From NCBI GenBank assembly GCA_963693025.1, contig OY843749.1, forward strand, positions 2,957,617 to 3,021,616: a stretch of 64,000 nt of DNA, given 5' to 3'. The notes below the pieces were generated by a model, which was not told the origin of the DNA, made no database searches, and saw only the letters and a program-made list of their open reading frames with translations. This document shows positions 7,798 to 16,342 of this stretch, in pieces; positions within the stretch are counted from its first letter, which is position 1; every line of letters begins with the position of its first letter. The position numbers were made by a program, and so were the translations under genes. Source of the DNA: Arenicellales bacterium. Lineage in GTDB: Bacteria > Pseudomonadota > Gammaproteobacteria > Arenicellales > Poriferihabitantaceae.

Positions 7798-8418
7798 ATG
7801 GAAATCATCTTACTGGAGAAAATCCGCAATCTCGGCGACCTCGGCGAAACCGTCAAGGTGGCAAACGGCTACGCCCGCAATTTCTTGATTCCGCGCAAAA
7901 AAGCGATGCGCGCGACCGAGGAAGCCAAAGCCGAGGTGGAAGAGCGCCGGCGCCAACTGGCGATGGAGGAAAGCCAGCGGCAGGAAGTCGCCCAGGCGCG
8001 CGCCGACCTGGCGATTCGGGAAATCACCGTCACCCGTCTGGCGGGCGAAGGCGGTGGTCTGTACGGCTCGGTCTCGCCGGCGGACATCGCCGAAGCGCTG
8101 GCGGAAGCGGGCACGCAGATTGAAAAAGCCGAGATATTTCAGCCCGACGGACCGATAAAACAAATCGGCGAGTTTGAGGCGGAGGTGATTCTGCATCCGG
8201 AAGTTCGGTTCGGTTTGAAAATCACCGTGCAAGAAGGGCAGAGCAATGCGGCGTCGGCGGTTGAGGCGGCGGGGGATGATGCCGGGGCTGAGAGCGAAGC
8301 CGAGCCCGACCTTCCCGATGCCGACGCCAAAGCCGAAACCGCCACCGCCACCGCCACCGACACTCCCGACGCCGACGCCGAGACCGACCTCCCCAAAGCG
8401 CCGCAGGGCGGGGAATAA
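7798..8418 (+). CDS. rplI: 50S ribosomal protein L9 with acidic C-terminal extension
   Basis: MEIILLEKIRNLGDLGETVKVANGYARNFLIPRKKA is a canonical L9 N-terminus. It is 206 aa, about 55 aa longer than E. coli L9, with a D/E/A/T-rich tail. Confidence 0.93.
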   Translation: MEIILLEKIRNLGDLGETVKVANGYARNFLIPRKKAMRATEEAKAEVEERRRQLAMEESQRQEVAQARADLAIREITVTRLAGEGGGLYGSVSPADIAEALAEAGTQIEKAEIFQPDGPIKQIGEFEAEVILHPEVRFGLKITVQEGQSNAASAVEAAGDDAGAESEAEPDLPDADAKAETATATATDTPDADAETDLPKAPQGGE

Positions 8419-8513
8419 TCCGGTTGTTGTGCCTGCCATGCGCGTCAAAAAAAGCGCATCGCGGTTTATGTTCGAGCGCCGCACACGCGTGAATCGGCGG
8501 TGAGTTGAGCGCC

Positions 8514-9884
8514 ATGGCAGAGCCTTCCGCTTCCGCCACCCTTCCGCCGCAGGCGCTGGAAGCGGAGCAATCGTTGCTCGGCGGGTTGTTGCTGGACAAC
8601 CGCAAATGGGATGAAGTCATCAGCGATGTCGGGCTGGGGGCGGACGATTTCTACAACCACAATCACCGCCTAATCTTCGAAGCCATCGGCGCGCTGCAGG
8701 AAGCCAGCGACCCGGCGGACATCGTCACCGTCACCGAATGGCTGACCAAGAAAGACAGCCTGGAAAAGAGCGGCGGAATCGCCTACATCAGCACGCTGGC
8801 GAACAACACCCCTAGCACCGCCAACATCCTCACCTACGCCAGAATCGTGCACGAGCGCGCGATTTTGCGCCAGTTGATTGCCGCCGCCAACGACATAGCC
8901 GACAGCGCCTACAACACCGGCGGGCGCGCCCCGCGCGAGGTGCTGGACCACGCGGAAAAACTGGTCTTCGACATCGCCGAGCGCGACGGGCGCAATCGCG
9001 CGGGTTTTATCTCGTTGCAGAATTTGCTGACCGCATCCATCAATCGAATCGAAGAGTTGTATGAGTCGAAGGAAGCGATTACCGGCGTGCCGACCGGGTT
9101 TGCCGACATTGACGAAAAGACCTCGGGACTGCAGCGCGGCGACTTGGTCATCGTCGCCGGCAGGCCCTCCATGGGCAAGACGTCGTTCGCCATGAACATC
9201 GCCGAATACGCGGCGGTGGACAAGAAACTGCCGGTGGCGGTGTTCAGCATGGAGATGTCCGGCGAGCAATTGTGTATGCGCTTGCTGTCCTCCATGGGGC
9301 GCATCAATTCCGAGAAAATTCGCGCCGGCAGGCTGGCGGAACTGGATTGGTCACGGCTGACTTCAACCGCCGGAATGCTCGGCAAGGCGCCAATCTTTGT
9401 GGACGATTCGGTCGGCTTGACCGCGCTGGAACTGCGCTCAAGGTCGCGGCAGTTATTGCGTAAAAACAGAGAGATAGGGTTGATTATTGTGGATTATCTT
9501 CAACTGATGATGTCCACCGAAGAAAACGAAAACCGCGCCACGCAAATCTCCGGCATCACGCGCTCGCTCAAAATGCTGGCGAAGGAACTCAACGTGCCGG
9601 TGATTGCGTTGTCGCAACTCAATCGTGCGCTCGAACAGCGCCCCAACAAGCGACCGGTGATGTCCGACCTGCGCGAATCCGGCGCCATCGAGCAGGATGC
9701 CGATGTGATTTTCTTCATCTACCGGGATGAAATCTACAACGAAGAATCCGACCAAAAAGGCGTCGCCGAAGTGATTATCGGCAAGCAACGCAATGGCCCC
9801 ATCGGCACCGTCAAACTGGCTTTCCTCGATGAATTCACGCGCTTTGAAAACCTGGCACGAACCGATTTTGAACCACACGCATAG
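8514..9884 (+). CDS. dnaB: replicative DNA helicase DnaB
   Basis: Contains PPQALEAEQSLLGGLL, Walker A GRPSMGKTSFAMN, and IIVDYLQLM...LSQLNR...SDLRESGAIEQDAD. The ATG at 8514 is preferred over the TTG at 8505. Confidence 0.95.
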   Translation: MAEPSASATLPPQALEAEQSLLGGLLLDNRKWDEVISDVGLGADDFYNHNHRLIFEAIGALQEASDPADIVTVTEWLTKKDSLEKSGGIAYISTLANNTPSTANILTYARIVHERAILRQLIAAANDIADSAYNTGGRAPREVLDHAEKLVFDIAERDGRNRAGFISLQNLLTASINRIEELYESKEAITGVPTGFADIDEKTSGLQRGDLVIVAGRPSMGKTSFAMNIAEYAAVDKKLPVAVFSMEMSGEQLCMRLLSSMGRINSEKIRAGRLAELDWSRLTSTAGMLGKAPIFVDDSVGLTALELRSRSRQLLRKNREIGLIIVDYLQLMMSTEENENRATQISGITRSLKMLAKELNVPVIALSQLNRALEQRPNKRPVMSDLRESGAIEQDADVIFFIYRDEIYNEESDQKGVAEVIIGKQRNGPIGTVKLAFLDEFTRFENLARTDFEPHA

Positions 9885-9954
9885 CGCGCCACAGGGATAC
9901 GATTTGCCCGAGACGGATTGGGAAAACTTAAACGGAACAAAGGAGGGATTTGCA

Positions 9955-10455
9955 ATGGACAGTTTGAGCGTGCAGTTGGCGCCGCTAATCGTGGCGGTGA
10001 TGGCGTTGTGTTTTAGTGTGTACAATTTCGCGCAATCGCGCCACAGAAGGCGGCGAAAGTTGCTCAACGCGATTTATCATCACGCCACCAGGGCGATGGA
10101 AAGTCTCAGCGAACAGCAAAAAGCCAACCGGGGAATTCGCAAAACCATTGAGAGCGATGAATCATACACGCCCTATGTGGTGGCGGTTTCGCCCGCCAAT
10201 GAACTCGTCTATGATCAGGTGATCGAGGCGATGGAATGGTTGAATCCGGCGGACGAAAAAACCATGCTGCGCTATTTTCATAGCCAGTCGAACCTTCACG
10301 CGCTGGGGCAGAGTTTCAACTCCGATTTTGTCAGGAGTTGGAACCGGGAGAGGAAACTAGCAATGTGGAGTATTCTGGAAAAGGAACTGGATGGGACGCT
10401 ACAACACGCCCGCGCGGTGAAATCCCTTTTGCACGCCAAAAGGTCTGCGTGGTGA
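9955..10455 (+). CDS. hypothetical membrane-anchored protein (orphan between dnaB and alr)
   Basis: The ATG at 9955 is preceded by AGGAGGG (9941-9947). The protein is 166 aa with one N-terminal TM helix. The gene looks less GC-rich than its neighbours. No family recognised. Confidence 0.5.
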   Translation: MDSLSVQLAPLIVAVMALCFSVYNFAQSRHRRRRKLLNAIYHHATRAMESLSEQQKANRGIRKTIESDESYTPYVVAVSPANELVYDQVIEAMEWLNPADEKTMLRYFHSQSNLHALGQSFNSDFVRSWNRERKLAMWSILEKELDGTLQHARAVKSLLHAKRSAW

Positions 10456-10603
10456 GTGTGTCAGAGGATGGGGGGAATGCCGGGACCGAACCCGAAAATC
10501 GGGGGAATACCGGGTCCAAAACGCGTATTCACAAAACGCATAGTCATCATCTTGTCTCGTAATAAAGTGAAATCAGACCCAACTATGGACGCATCCGGCA
10601 AAA

Positions 10604-11704
10604 ATGTCAAGTATGAACACCGAGCACTGGCGCGCCAGGGCGCTGATTGACGCGCGCGCGTTGCGCCATAATCTCGCGCTGGTTCGCCAACTGGCGCCCG
10701 GCTGCCGCGTGATGGCGGTCATCAAGTCGAACGCATACGGGCACGGCATGGCGGCGGTCAGCCGGGAAATCGCGGGGCGGGTGGATGCGTTTGCGGTGGC
10801 GACGCTGCAGGAAGGCATCGATTGCCGCAACGCCAATCCGGCGACGCCGGTGACGGTGTTGTCCGGCTTGCAGCAGCCGGCGGCGCTGGACTTGTGCCGG
10901 CGGTATCGGTTGGACCCGGTCTTGCATGCCGACGAACACCTGCGCTGGGTCGAGCAATATCGCGGTGCGCCGCTGGCGCCGTGGCTCAAAATCGATACCG
11001 GTATGAACCGGCTGGGCATTGCGCCGGGGCGGGTCGCCGAGGCGGTCGCCCGCTTGCGTCGCAACAAACGGGTCGGGAGCATCCGCCTGATGTCGCACTT
11101 GGCAAACGCCGACGACACCGAAGACGCGCATTCGGCGGCGCAGTTAAAGCGCTTCAAGCAGGCGAGCGATGCGTATGAAATGGAGCGCAGTCTTGCCAAT
11201 TCCGCCGGGGTGATGCGCTGGCAGAAAACGCATTTTGAGTGGGTCAGACCGGGCATTATGCTGTATGGCGGCTCGCCGTTGCGCGGGTATTTGGGTCCCC
11301 AACTGGGCTTGCAACCGGTCATGCAACTGGAGGCGCGATTGCTGGCAATCAAAACCGTGGCGAAGGGTCAGCCGGTCGGCTACGGCGGCGTTTTTGTCGC
11401 GCCCAAATCATTGCGGCTTGGCGTGGTCGGCTTCGGTTACGGGGACGGCTATCCGCGACTCCTCAGGCCGACTGCCGAGGTGTTGATTGACGGCGAGCGC
11501 GCGCCGGTGGTTGGCAGGGTTGCGATGGACATGACCACGGTGGATTTGTCGCGCTGCGCGGATGCCGCCATCGGCGACAAGGTGGTGCTGTGGGGCAACG
11601 GGCTGAGCGTCGATGAAGTGGCGAATTGGGCTGGCACCATTTCCTATGAATTGCTGTGCAAGGTCAGCGAGCGCGTGCCGCGAGCCACCCTGCAGGCGGA
11701 GTAG
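10604..11704 (+). CDS. alr: alanine racemase
   Basis: The PLP-lysine motif region VIKSNAYGHG is present. Length is 366 aa, and the gene sits downstream of dnaB as in many gammaproteobacteria. Confidence 0.9.
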   Translation: MSSMNTEHWRARALIDARALRHNLALVRQLAPGCRVMAVIKSNAYGHGMAAVSREIAGRVDAFAVATLQEGIDCRNANPATPVTVLSGLQQPAALDLCRRYRLDPVLHADEHLRWVEQYRGAPLAPWLKIDTGMNRLGIAPGRVAEAVARLRRNKRVGSIRLMSHLANADDTEDAHSAAQLKRFKQASDAYEMERSLANSAGVMRWQKTHFEWVRPGIMLYGGSPLRGYLGPQLGLQPVMQLEARLLAIKTVAKGQPVGYGGVFVAPKSLRLGVVGFGYGDGYPRLLRPTAEVLIDGERAPVVGRVAMDMTTVDLSRCADAAIGDKVVLWGNGLSVDEVANWAGTISYELLCKVSERVPRATLQAE

Positions 11705-11705
11705 A

Positions 11706-13067
11706 ATGGCGAAACCTAAAAAAACCTATCACTGCGCCGAGTGCGGCGCCGACAGCCCGAAGTGGGCGGGGCAGTGCGGCGAGTGCGGCGCGTGGAATAC
11801 GCTGGTCGAGCGCGCCGCGGCGCCGGACGTTTCGTCGCCCAGCCGCTTCGCCGGCTTCGCGCCGGCTTCCGTGGCGCAGGCGCTCGACCAAATAGACATC
11901 TCCGAAGTCAACCGGTTGTCCAGCGGCAGCGCCGAATTCGACCGCGTGCTCGGCGGCGGCTTGGTGTGCGGCTCCACCGTGCTGATTGGCGGCGACCCCG
12001 GCATCGGCAAATCGACCCTGTTGCTGCAACACCTGTCCATCATCAGCCGCGACTTGCCGGTGCTGTATGTCAGCGGCGAGGAATCCACCGAGCAACTCGC
12101 GTTGCGCGCCAAGCGGTTGGAACTGAGCAGCGGTCGCCTCAAAGTGATGGCAGAGACGCGCTTGGAAACGCTGCTCGAAACCGCGCACAAGGAAGCGCCG
12201 GCGGTGCTGGTGGCGGACTCGATTCAGACCCTGTATAGCGAGGCGGCCACGCAGGCGCCGGGCAGCGTGTCGCAGGTGCGCGAGTGCGCGGCGCGGCTGG
12301 TGCGCTACGCCAAGCAAAGCGGCTGCACCGTGCTGCTGGTCGGCCACGTGACCAAAGAGGGCGCGCTCGCCGGACCGCGCATTCTGGAGCACATGGTGGA
12401 CAGCGTGCTGTATTTTGAGGGCGACAGCGCGAGTTCGTTTCGCCTCATCCGCGCCTTCAAGAACCGCTTCGGCGCGGTCAACGAAATCGGCGTGTTTGCG
12501 ATGACCGAGCAGGGCTTGAAGGACGTCGCCAACCCCTCGGCGATGTTCGTCAGCCGGCAGGGCGCGTCGCGCCCCGGCAGCGTGGTGCTGGCGACGCAGG
12601 AAGGAACCCGCCCGCTGCTGGTCGAGGTGCAGGCGCTGGTCGCCGACAGCGCGCTCGCCAATCCGCGCCGCCTGTGCGTCGGCCTGGAACACAACCGGCT
12701 CGCCATGCTACTGGCGGTGGCGCACCGCCACGCCGGCATTTCCCTCAACAGTTACGATGTCTTCGCCAACGTGGTCGGCGGCGTGCGTGTGACCGAAACC
12801 GGCGCCGACCTGGCGCTGCTCATCGCGATTTTGTCAAGCGTCAAAAACCGCCCCGCCGGCGCCGACTTGGTGGTCTTCGGCGAAGTCGGATTGTCGGGCG
12901 AACTCCGCCCCGTGCAACGCGGACTGGAGCGCATCCGCGAAGCGCAGAAACTCGGCTTCGAACGCGCGCTGATTCCGAGAGCCAATAAACCAAAAGACCC
13001 GCCCAAAGGCATCGAGTTAATCGCGGCGCGCAAGGTTGAAGATGCGCTCGTCATTCTCGAACAGTAG
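11706..13067 (+). CDS. radA: DNA repair protein RadA/Sms
   Basis: From ATG 11706: a zinc ribbon YHCAECGADSPKWAGQCGECGAWNT, Walker A GGDPGIGKST, the KNRFG motif, and a Lon-like C-terminal domain. The last 6 codons and the stop lie in a repeat end-module. Confidence 0.93.
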   Translation: MAKPKKTYHCAECGADSPKWAGQCGECGAWNTLVERAAAPDVSSPSRFAGFAPASVAQALDQIDISEVNRLSSGSAEFDRVLGGGLVCGSTVLIGGDPGIGKSTLLLQHLSIISRDLPVLYVSGEESTEQLALRAKRLELSSGRLKVMAETRLETLLETAHKEAPAVLVADSIQTLYSEAATQAPGSVSQVRECAARLVRYAKQSGCTVLLVGHVTKEGALAGPRILEHMVDSVLYFEGDSASSFRLIRAFKNRFGAVNEIGVFAMTEQGLKDVANPSAMFVSRQGASRPGSVVLATQEGTRPLLVEVQALVADSALANPRRLCVGLEHNRLAMLLAVAHRHAGISLNSYDVFANVVGGVRVTETGADLALLIAILSSVKNRPAGADLVVFGEVGLSGELRPVQRGLERIREAQKLGFERALIPRANKPKDPPKGIELIAARKVEDALVILEQ

Positions 13068-13284
13068 AAAAATACCAACTACCCGTCATTCTCGAGCGTT
13101 AGTGTCCGTTTGCCGCCGCGCTTTTTCTTTTTAAGCGGCGGCTTACGGACACTTGCGTCCTCGGGAATCTCCCTAAGGTTGGCACGGGCTTTGTTGAAAT
13201 TCACGGTAGCCTTAGGGAGATTCCCGAATCGAAGAAAATATGGTCGCCTATCGGCTCCCTATTTTCTACCGTTCGAGAATGACG
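13049..13284. repeat. MITE-like repeat, copy 2 (end-module at 13049-13075 plus core 13084-13284, S-end to T-end)
   Basis: The core is 201 bp with terminal inverted repeats CGTCATTCTCGAGCG / CGTTCGAGAATGACG. It has the GCCGCCGC/GCGGCGGC hairpin and a perfect 16-bp GGGAATCTCCCTAAGG/CCTTAGGGAGATTCCC hairpin. Confidence 0.9.
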
Positions 13285-13359
13285 AGGTGGTTGTTTTTTG
13301 TTTGTCAACTTTGCCTTGATAGTCCCCGGTATTTTTGATGCACGACTAAGCGAACGCCG

Positions 13360-13560
13360 CTATTGCCTAATAGCAAGAACCCCGGCAACGGTAAGCAACA
13401 TCATCCCCAACACGGTAACGGCATCCGGTGTCTCGGCAAAAAACAGCATCCCCCAGATGACGGCGAATGCCAGATACGCGAAGTCAAACGTCGCCACCAC
13501 CGGCAGGGGTCCGAGTTGGTAGGCGATCGCCGTTCCCGCGCTGGCGGTCGGGCGCTCGTT
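13360..13560 (-). pseudogene. 3' remnant of an EamA/DMT-family transporter gene
   Basis: The minus-strand frame reads NERPTASAGTAIAYQLGPLPVVATFDFAYLAFAVIWGMLFFAETPDAVTVLGMMLLTVAGVLAIRQ*. It is bounded upstream by an in-frame TGA (13561-13563) and has no start codon. This looks like the last two TM helices of a DMT transporter. Confidence 0.5.
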
Positions 13561-13600
13561 TCACGCGCGGTCAAACAGCGGCGGCGCGGGTGAGCGCCGC

Positions 13601-14446
13601 TCAGACATCGGGCGCTCCCGGCTTGTGCGTGTTGCGCAACAACTCGTTGATGCCGACTTTGGCGCGCGTTTTTTCGTCCACGGTCTTGACGATGACCGCG
13701 CAATACAGGCTGTGCGAGCCGTCCGACGCCGGCATCGAGCCGGACACCACCACCGCGCCGGGCGGGATTTCGCCGTAACTGACTTCGCCGCTGGCGCGGT
13801 CGAGGATGCGCGTGCTCTGCCCGATGAACACGCCCATCGAAATGACCGCGCCCTTGCCGACGCGCACGCCTTCCACGACCTCCGAGCGCGCGCCGATGAA
13901 GCAGTCGTCTTCGATGATGGTGGGGGCGGCCTGCAGCGGCTCCAGCACGCCGCCGATGCCGACGCCGCCGGAGAGGTGCACGTTGCTGCCGATTTGCGCG
14001 CACGAGCCGACCGTCGCCCAGGTGTCCACCATCGTCCCCGCCCCGACATACGCGCCGATGTTGACATAACTCGGCATCAGAATCACATCGGGCGAGATAT
14101 GCGCGCCCTTGCGGACATGCGCCGGCGGCACCACGCGAAAATCGCCGCGCGCAAAATCTTCGCTGGTGTAGTCGGCGAACTTGAGGTCGATTTTGTCGTA
14201 GTAACTGGAAAAGCCGCCGCGAATGATGCGGTTCTCCTCAATCAAAAACGACAGCAGCACCGCCATCTTGAGCCACTGATTGACCTTCCAACCGTCGCCA
14301 CTCGGCTCAGCGACCCGCGCCTTGCCCGAGTCCAACAACTCCAACGCATCGTTAATCGCCTCGCGCACCTCGGCGGTGACGGTATGCGGCTTAATCTCGC
14401 CCCGACGCTCCCAGGCGTCGAGAATCATCTGCTCGGTTTCTTTCAT
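13601..14446 (-). CDS. dapD: 2,3,4,5-tetrahydropyridine-2,6-dicarboxylate N-succinyltransferase
   Basis: From ATG 14446: [15 protein letters not shown]..., then the hexapeptide-repeat region [30 protein letters not shown]. Length is 281 aa. The ORF-track extension to 14755 is spurious. Confidence 0.92.
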   Translation of the reverse strand: MKETEQMILDAWERRGEIKPHTVTAEVREAINDALELLDSGKARVAEPSGDGWKVNQWLKMAVLLSFLIEENRIIRGGFSSYYDKIDLKFADYTSEDFARGDFRVVPPAHVRKGAHISPDVILMPSYVNIGAYVGAGTMVDTWATVGSCAQIGSNVHLSGGVGIGGVLEPLQAAPTIIEDDCFIGARSEVVEGVRVGKGAVISMGVFIGQSTRILDRASGEVSYGEIPPGAVVVSGSMPASDGSHSLYCAVIVKTVDEKTRAKVGINELLRNTHKPGAPDV

Positions 14447-14538
14447 GGTGTTTGCGTGAATGAATGTCGGCGTATTATGCCATTGCAGTTCCCCAATATA
14501 ATAGTAGCGGCTTAAACAACCGGCACAATCAACTTGGC

Positions 14539-15480
14539 ATGAACACCCCCCCCGTTCTTTTCCTGATGGGACCGACCGCTTCCGGCAAGACCGAGTTGGC
14601 GGCGGCGTTGTTTGATGCGTTTGATGTTGAACTGGTGAGCGTGGATGCCGCGCAGGTTTACCGCGGGATGGACATCGGCACCGCCAAGCCGGCGCGCGAA
14701 TTTCTGCGTCGCTATCCGCATCATTTGATCGACATTCGCGCGCCACAGGAGACATATAGCGCGGCGGAATTCTGCGCCGATGCGCGTGCGTTAATCAGTC
14801 AAATTCACTCGCGCGGCAAACTGCCGGTATTGGTCGGCGGGACGATGTTTTATTTTAACGCGCTGGAAAACGGGTTGTCGGATTTGCCCCCCGCCGACCC
14901 CGCGGCGCGCGCGCAAATCACGCGTGAAATTGAAACGCACGGGTTGGCGGCGATGCACGCGCGGTTGTCGCGTTTGGATGCCAAACTGGCGGCGGCGATT
15001 GCGCCTTCGGACGCGCAGCGCATTCAGCGCGCGATGGAGATTCACCGCGCAACCGGCAGCGCGCCGAGCGAGGTGATGGCGCAATCCGCCGCCACGCCAT
15101 TGCCTTTTCCGCTGATTAAACTCGGCCTGTTCACCGCCGACCGGCGGTTGTTACACGCGCGAATTGAGACGCGCTTCCGGCGGATGTTAGAGCAGGGGTT
15201 GGTGGATGAAGTGAAAACGCTCGCCGCCGGTTTGTCCGATACCGACGCGGACCAACAAACCGCCATGCGCACCGTCGGCTACCGCCAGGCGCTCGGCTTC
15301 TTGCGCGGCGCGTTTGGTTACGACGAGATGATTGACCAAGCCATCGCCGCCACACGCCAACTCGCCAAACGCCAACTCACCTGGATGCGCAACCAGCGCA
15401 ACTTGGTGTGGATTGACAATACCGAGGGTGTTGCTGTGGATGGGGTTTGTTTGTATTTGGGGGCTAGTGCGCAAAGTTGA
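14539..15480 (+). CDS. miaA: tRNA dimethylallyltransferase
   Basis: From ATG 14539: [21 protein letters not shown] (P-loop), then [19 protein letters not shown]. Length is 313 aa. Confidence 0.93.
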   Translation: MNTPPVLFLMGPTASGKTELAAALFDAFDVELVSVDAAQVYRGMDIGTAKPAREFLRRYPHHLIDIRAPQETYSAAEFCADARALISQIHSRGKLPVLVGGTMFYFNALENGLSDLPPADPAARAQITREIETHGLAAMHARLSRLDAKLAAAIAPSDAQRIQRAMEIHRATGSAPSEVMAQSAATPLPFPLIKLGLFTADRRLLHARIETRFRRMLEQGLVDEVKTLAAGLSDTDADQQTAMRTVGYRQALGFLRGAFGYDEMIDQAIAATRQLAKRQLTWMRNQRNLVWIDNTEGVAVDGVCLYLGASAQS

Positions 15481-15497
15481 CAAACAAAAACAACTCT

Positions 15498-15871
15498 TCG
15501 TCATTCAAAAACCAATACCTCGTCATTCTCGAACGGTAGAAAATAGGGAGCCGACAGGCGACCATATTTTGTTTGTATCATCCCTGATACAAACCCTTCG
15601 GGCTACGCGAAAATCCGCTCCCGGCGGATTTTTCTTCGATTCGGGAATCTCGTCCCGTTTGACGTGGTCTTGAACGAAGCGACACTAAGACACTGTATGG
15701 ATTCCCGCTCAAAAGACTGCCGGAATGGCGGCTTACTCGCCGCCTGCTTCGCTCGCTCCGTTTGAACTCAGCGCCAGTCTGAGGGAGATTCCCGAGGTCG
15801 TAAGTGTCCGTAAGCCGCCGCTTAAAAGAAAAAGCGCGGCGGCAAACGGACACTAACGCTCGAGAATGACG
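15498..15871. repeat. MITE-like repeat, copy 3 (enlarged variant carrying a nested insert)
   Basis: The core is 15521..15871 (351 bp). T end CGTCATTCTCGAACGGTAGAAAATAGGGAGCC; S end ...GCGGCGGCAAACGGACACTAACGCTCGAGAATGACG. The central hairpin loop is replaced by a longer segment shared with copy 7. Confidence 0.85.
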
Positions 15872-15895
15872 AAGTGGGCGGATTAGCCGGGCGGA

Positions 15896-16258
15896 CTAAT
15901 TCACCAATTTGCCGATAATGTCTGAAATCGTGCGGGCGAATTCGCTTTCCAGTGGGAAGGACAGCATGCCCATGACCGAGTAGCCGAGCAGCCACGGCAT
16001 CAGGTAGAAGCGGATGATGTAGAAGAACCAGGCGATGAACAGCGGCACCAGCGGGCGCACGAGGAAGCGCGGTGTGATGGGGTCGAAGAGTTTAATCAGC
16101 GGGTCGGTGGCGCGCACGAAGAAGCGCATGAAAAAAAACGAACTGTCTTCGGGCAGGAAAATGCCCATGGCGAAGCGACCGAAGAGCGTCCACATGACCA
16201 CGCCGAGGACGTAGTCGAGCGCGAGCACCCACAGCGGGAAGGCTTCAAGCACGCGCAA
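15896..16258 (-). CDS. YggT-like small integral membrane protein
   Basis: 120 aa from TTG 16258. A GTG at 16252 with GGAGA 6 nt upstream is a better start. The protein has hydrophobic helices flanking TDPLIKLFDPITPRFL, which resembles the YGGT repeat loop. Confidence 0.5.
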   Translation of the reverse strand: MRVLEAFPLWVLALDYVLGVVMWTLFGRFAMGIFLPEDSSFFFMRFFVRATDPLIKLFDPITPRFLVRPLVPLFIAWFFYIIRFYLMPWLLGYSVMGMLSFPLESEFARTISDIIGKLVN

Positions 16259-16291
16259 TCTCCGGCATGTCCGGCACGGCGACCCGGTGAC

Positions 16292-16321
16292 AAAAAGCCG
16301 GGGCGCGACACCCCGGCTTTT
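16292..16321 (-). terminator. bidirectional rho-independent terminator candidate
   Basis: AAAAA-GCCGGGG-cgcgaca-CCCCGGC-TTTT sits immediately downstream of the symporter stop (16343) on the minus strand. Confidence 0.7.
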
Positions 16322-16342
16322 CGTTGGCTTGCATGTCAGCCG

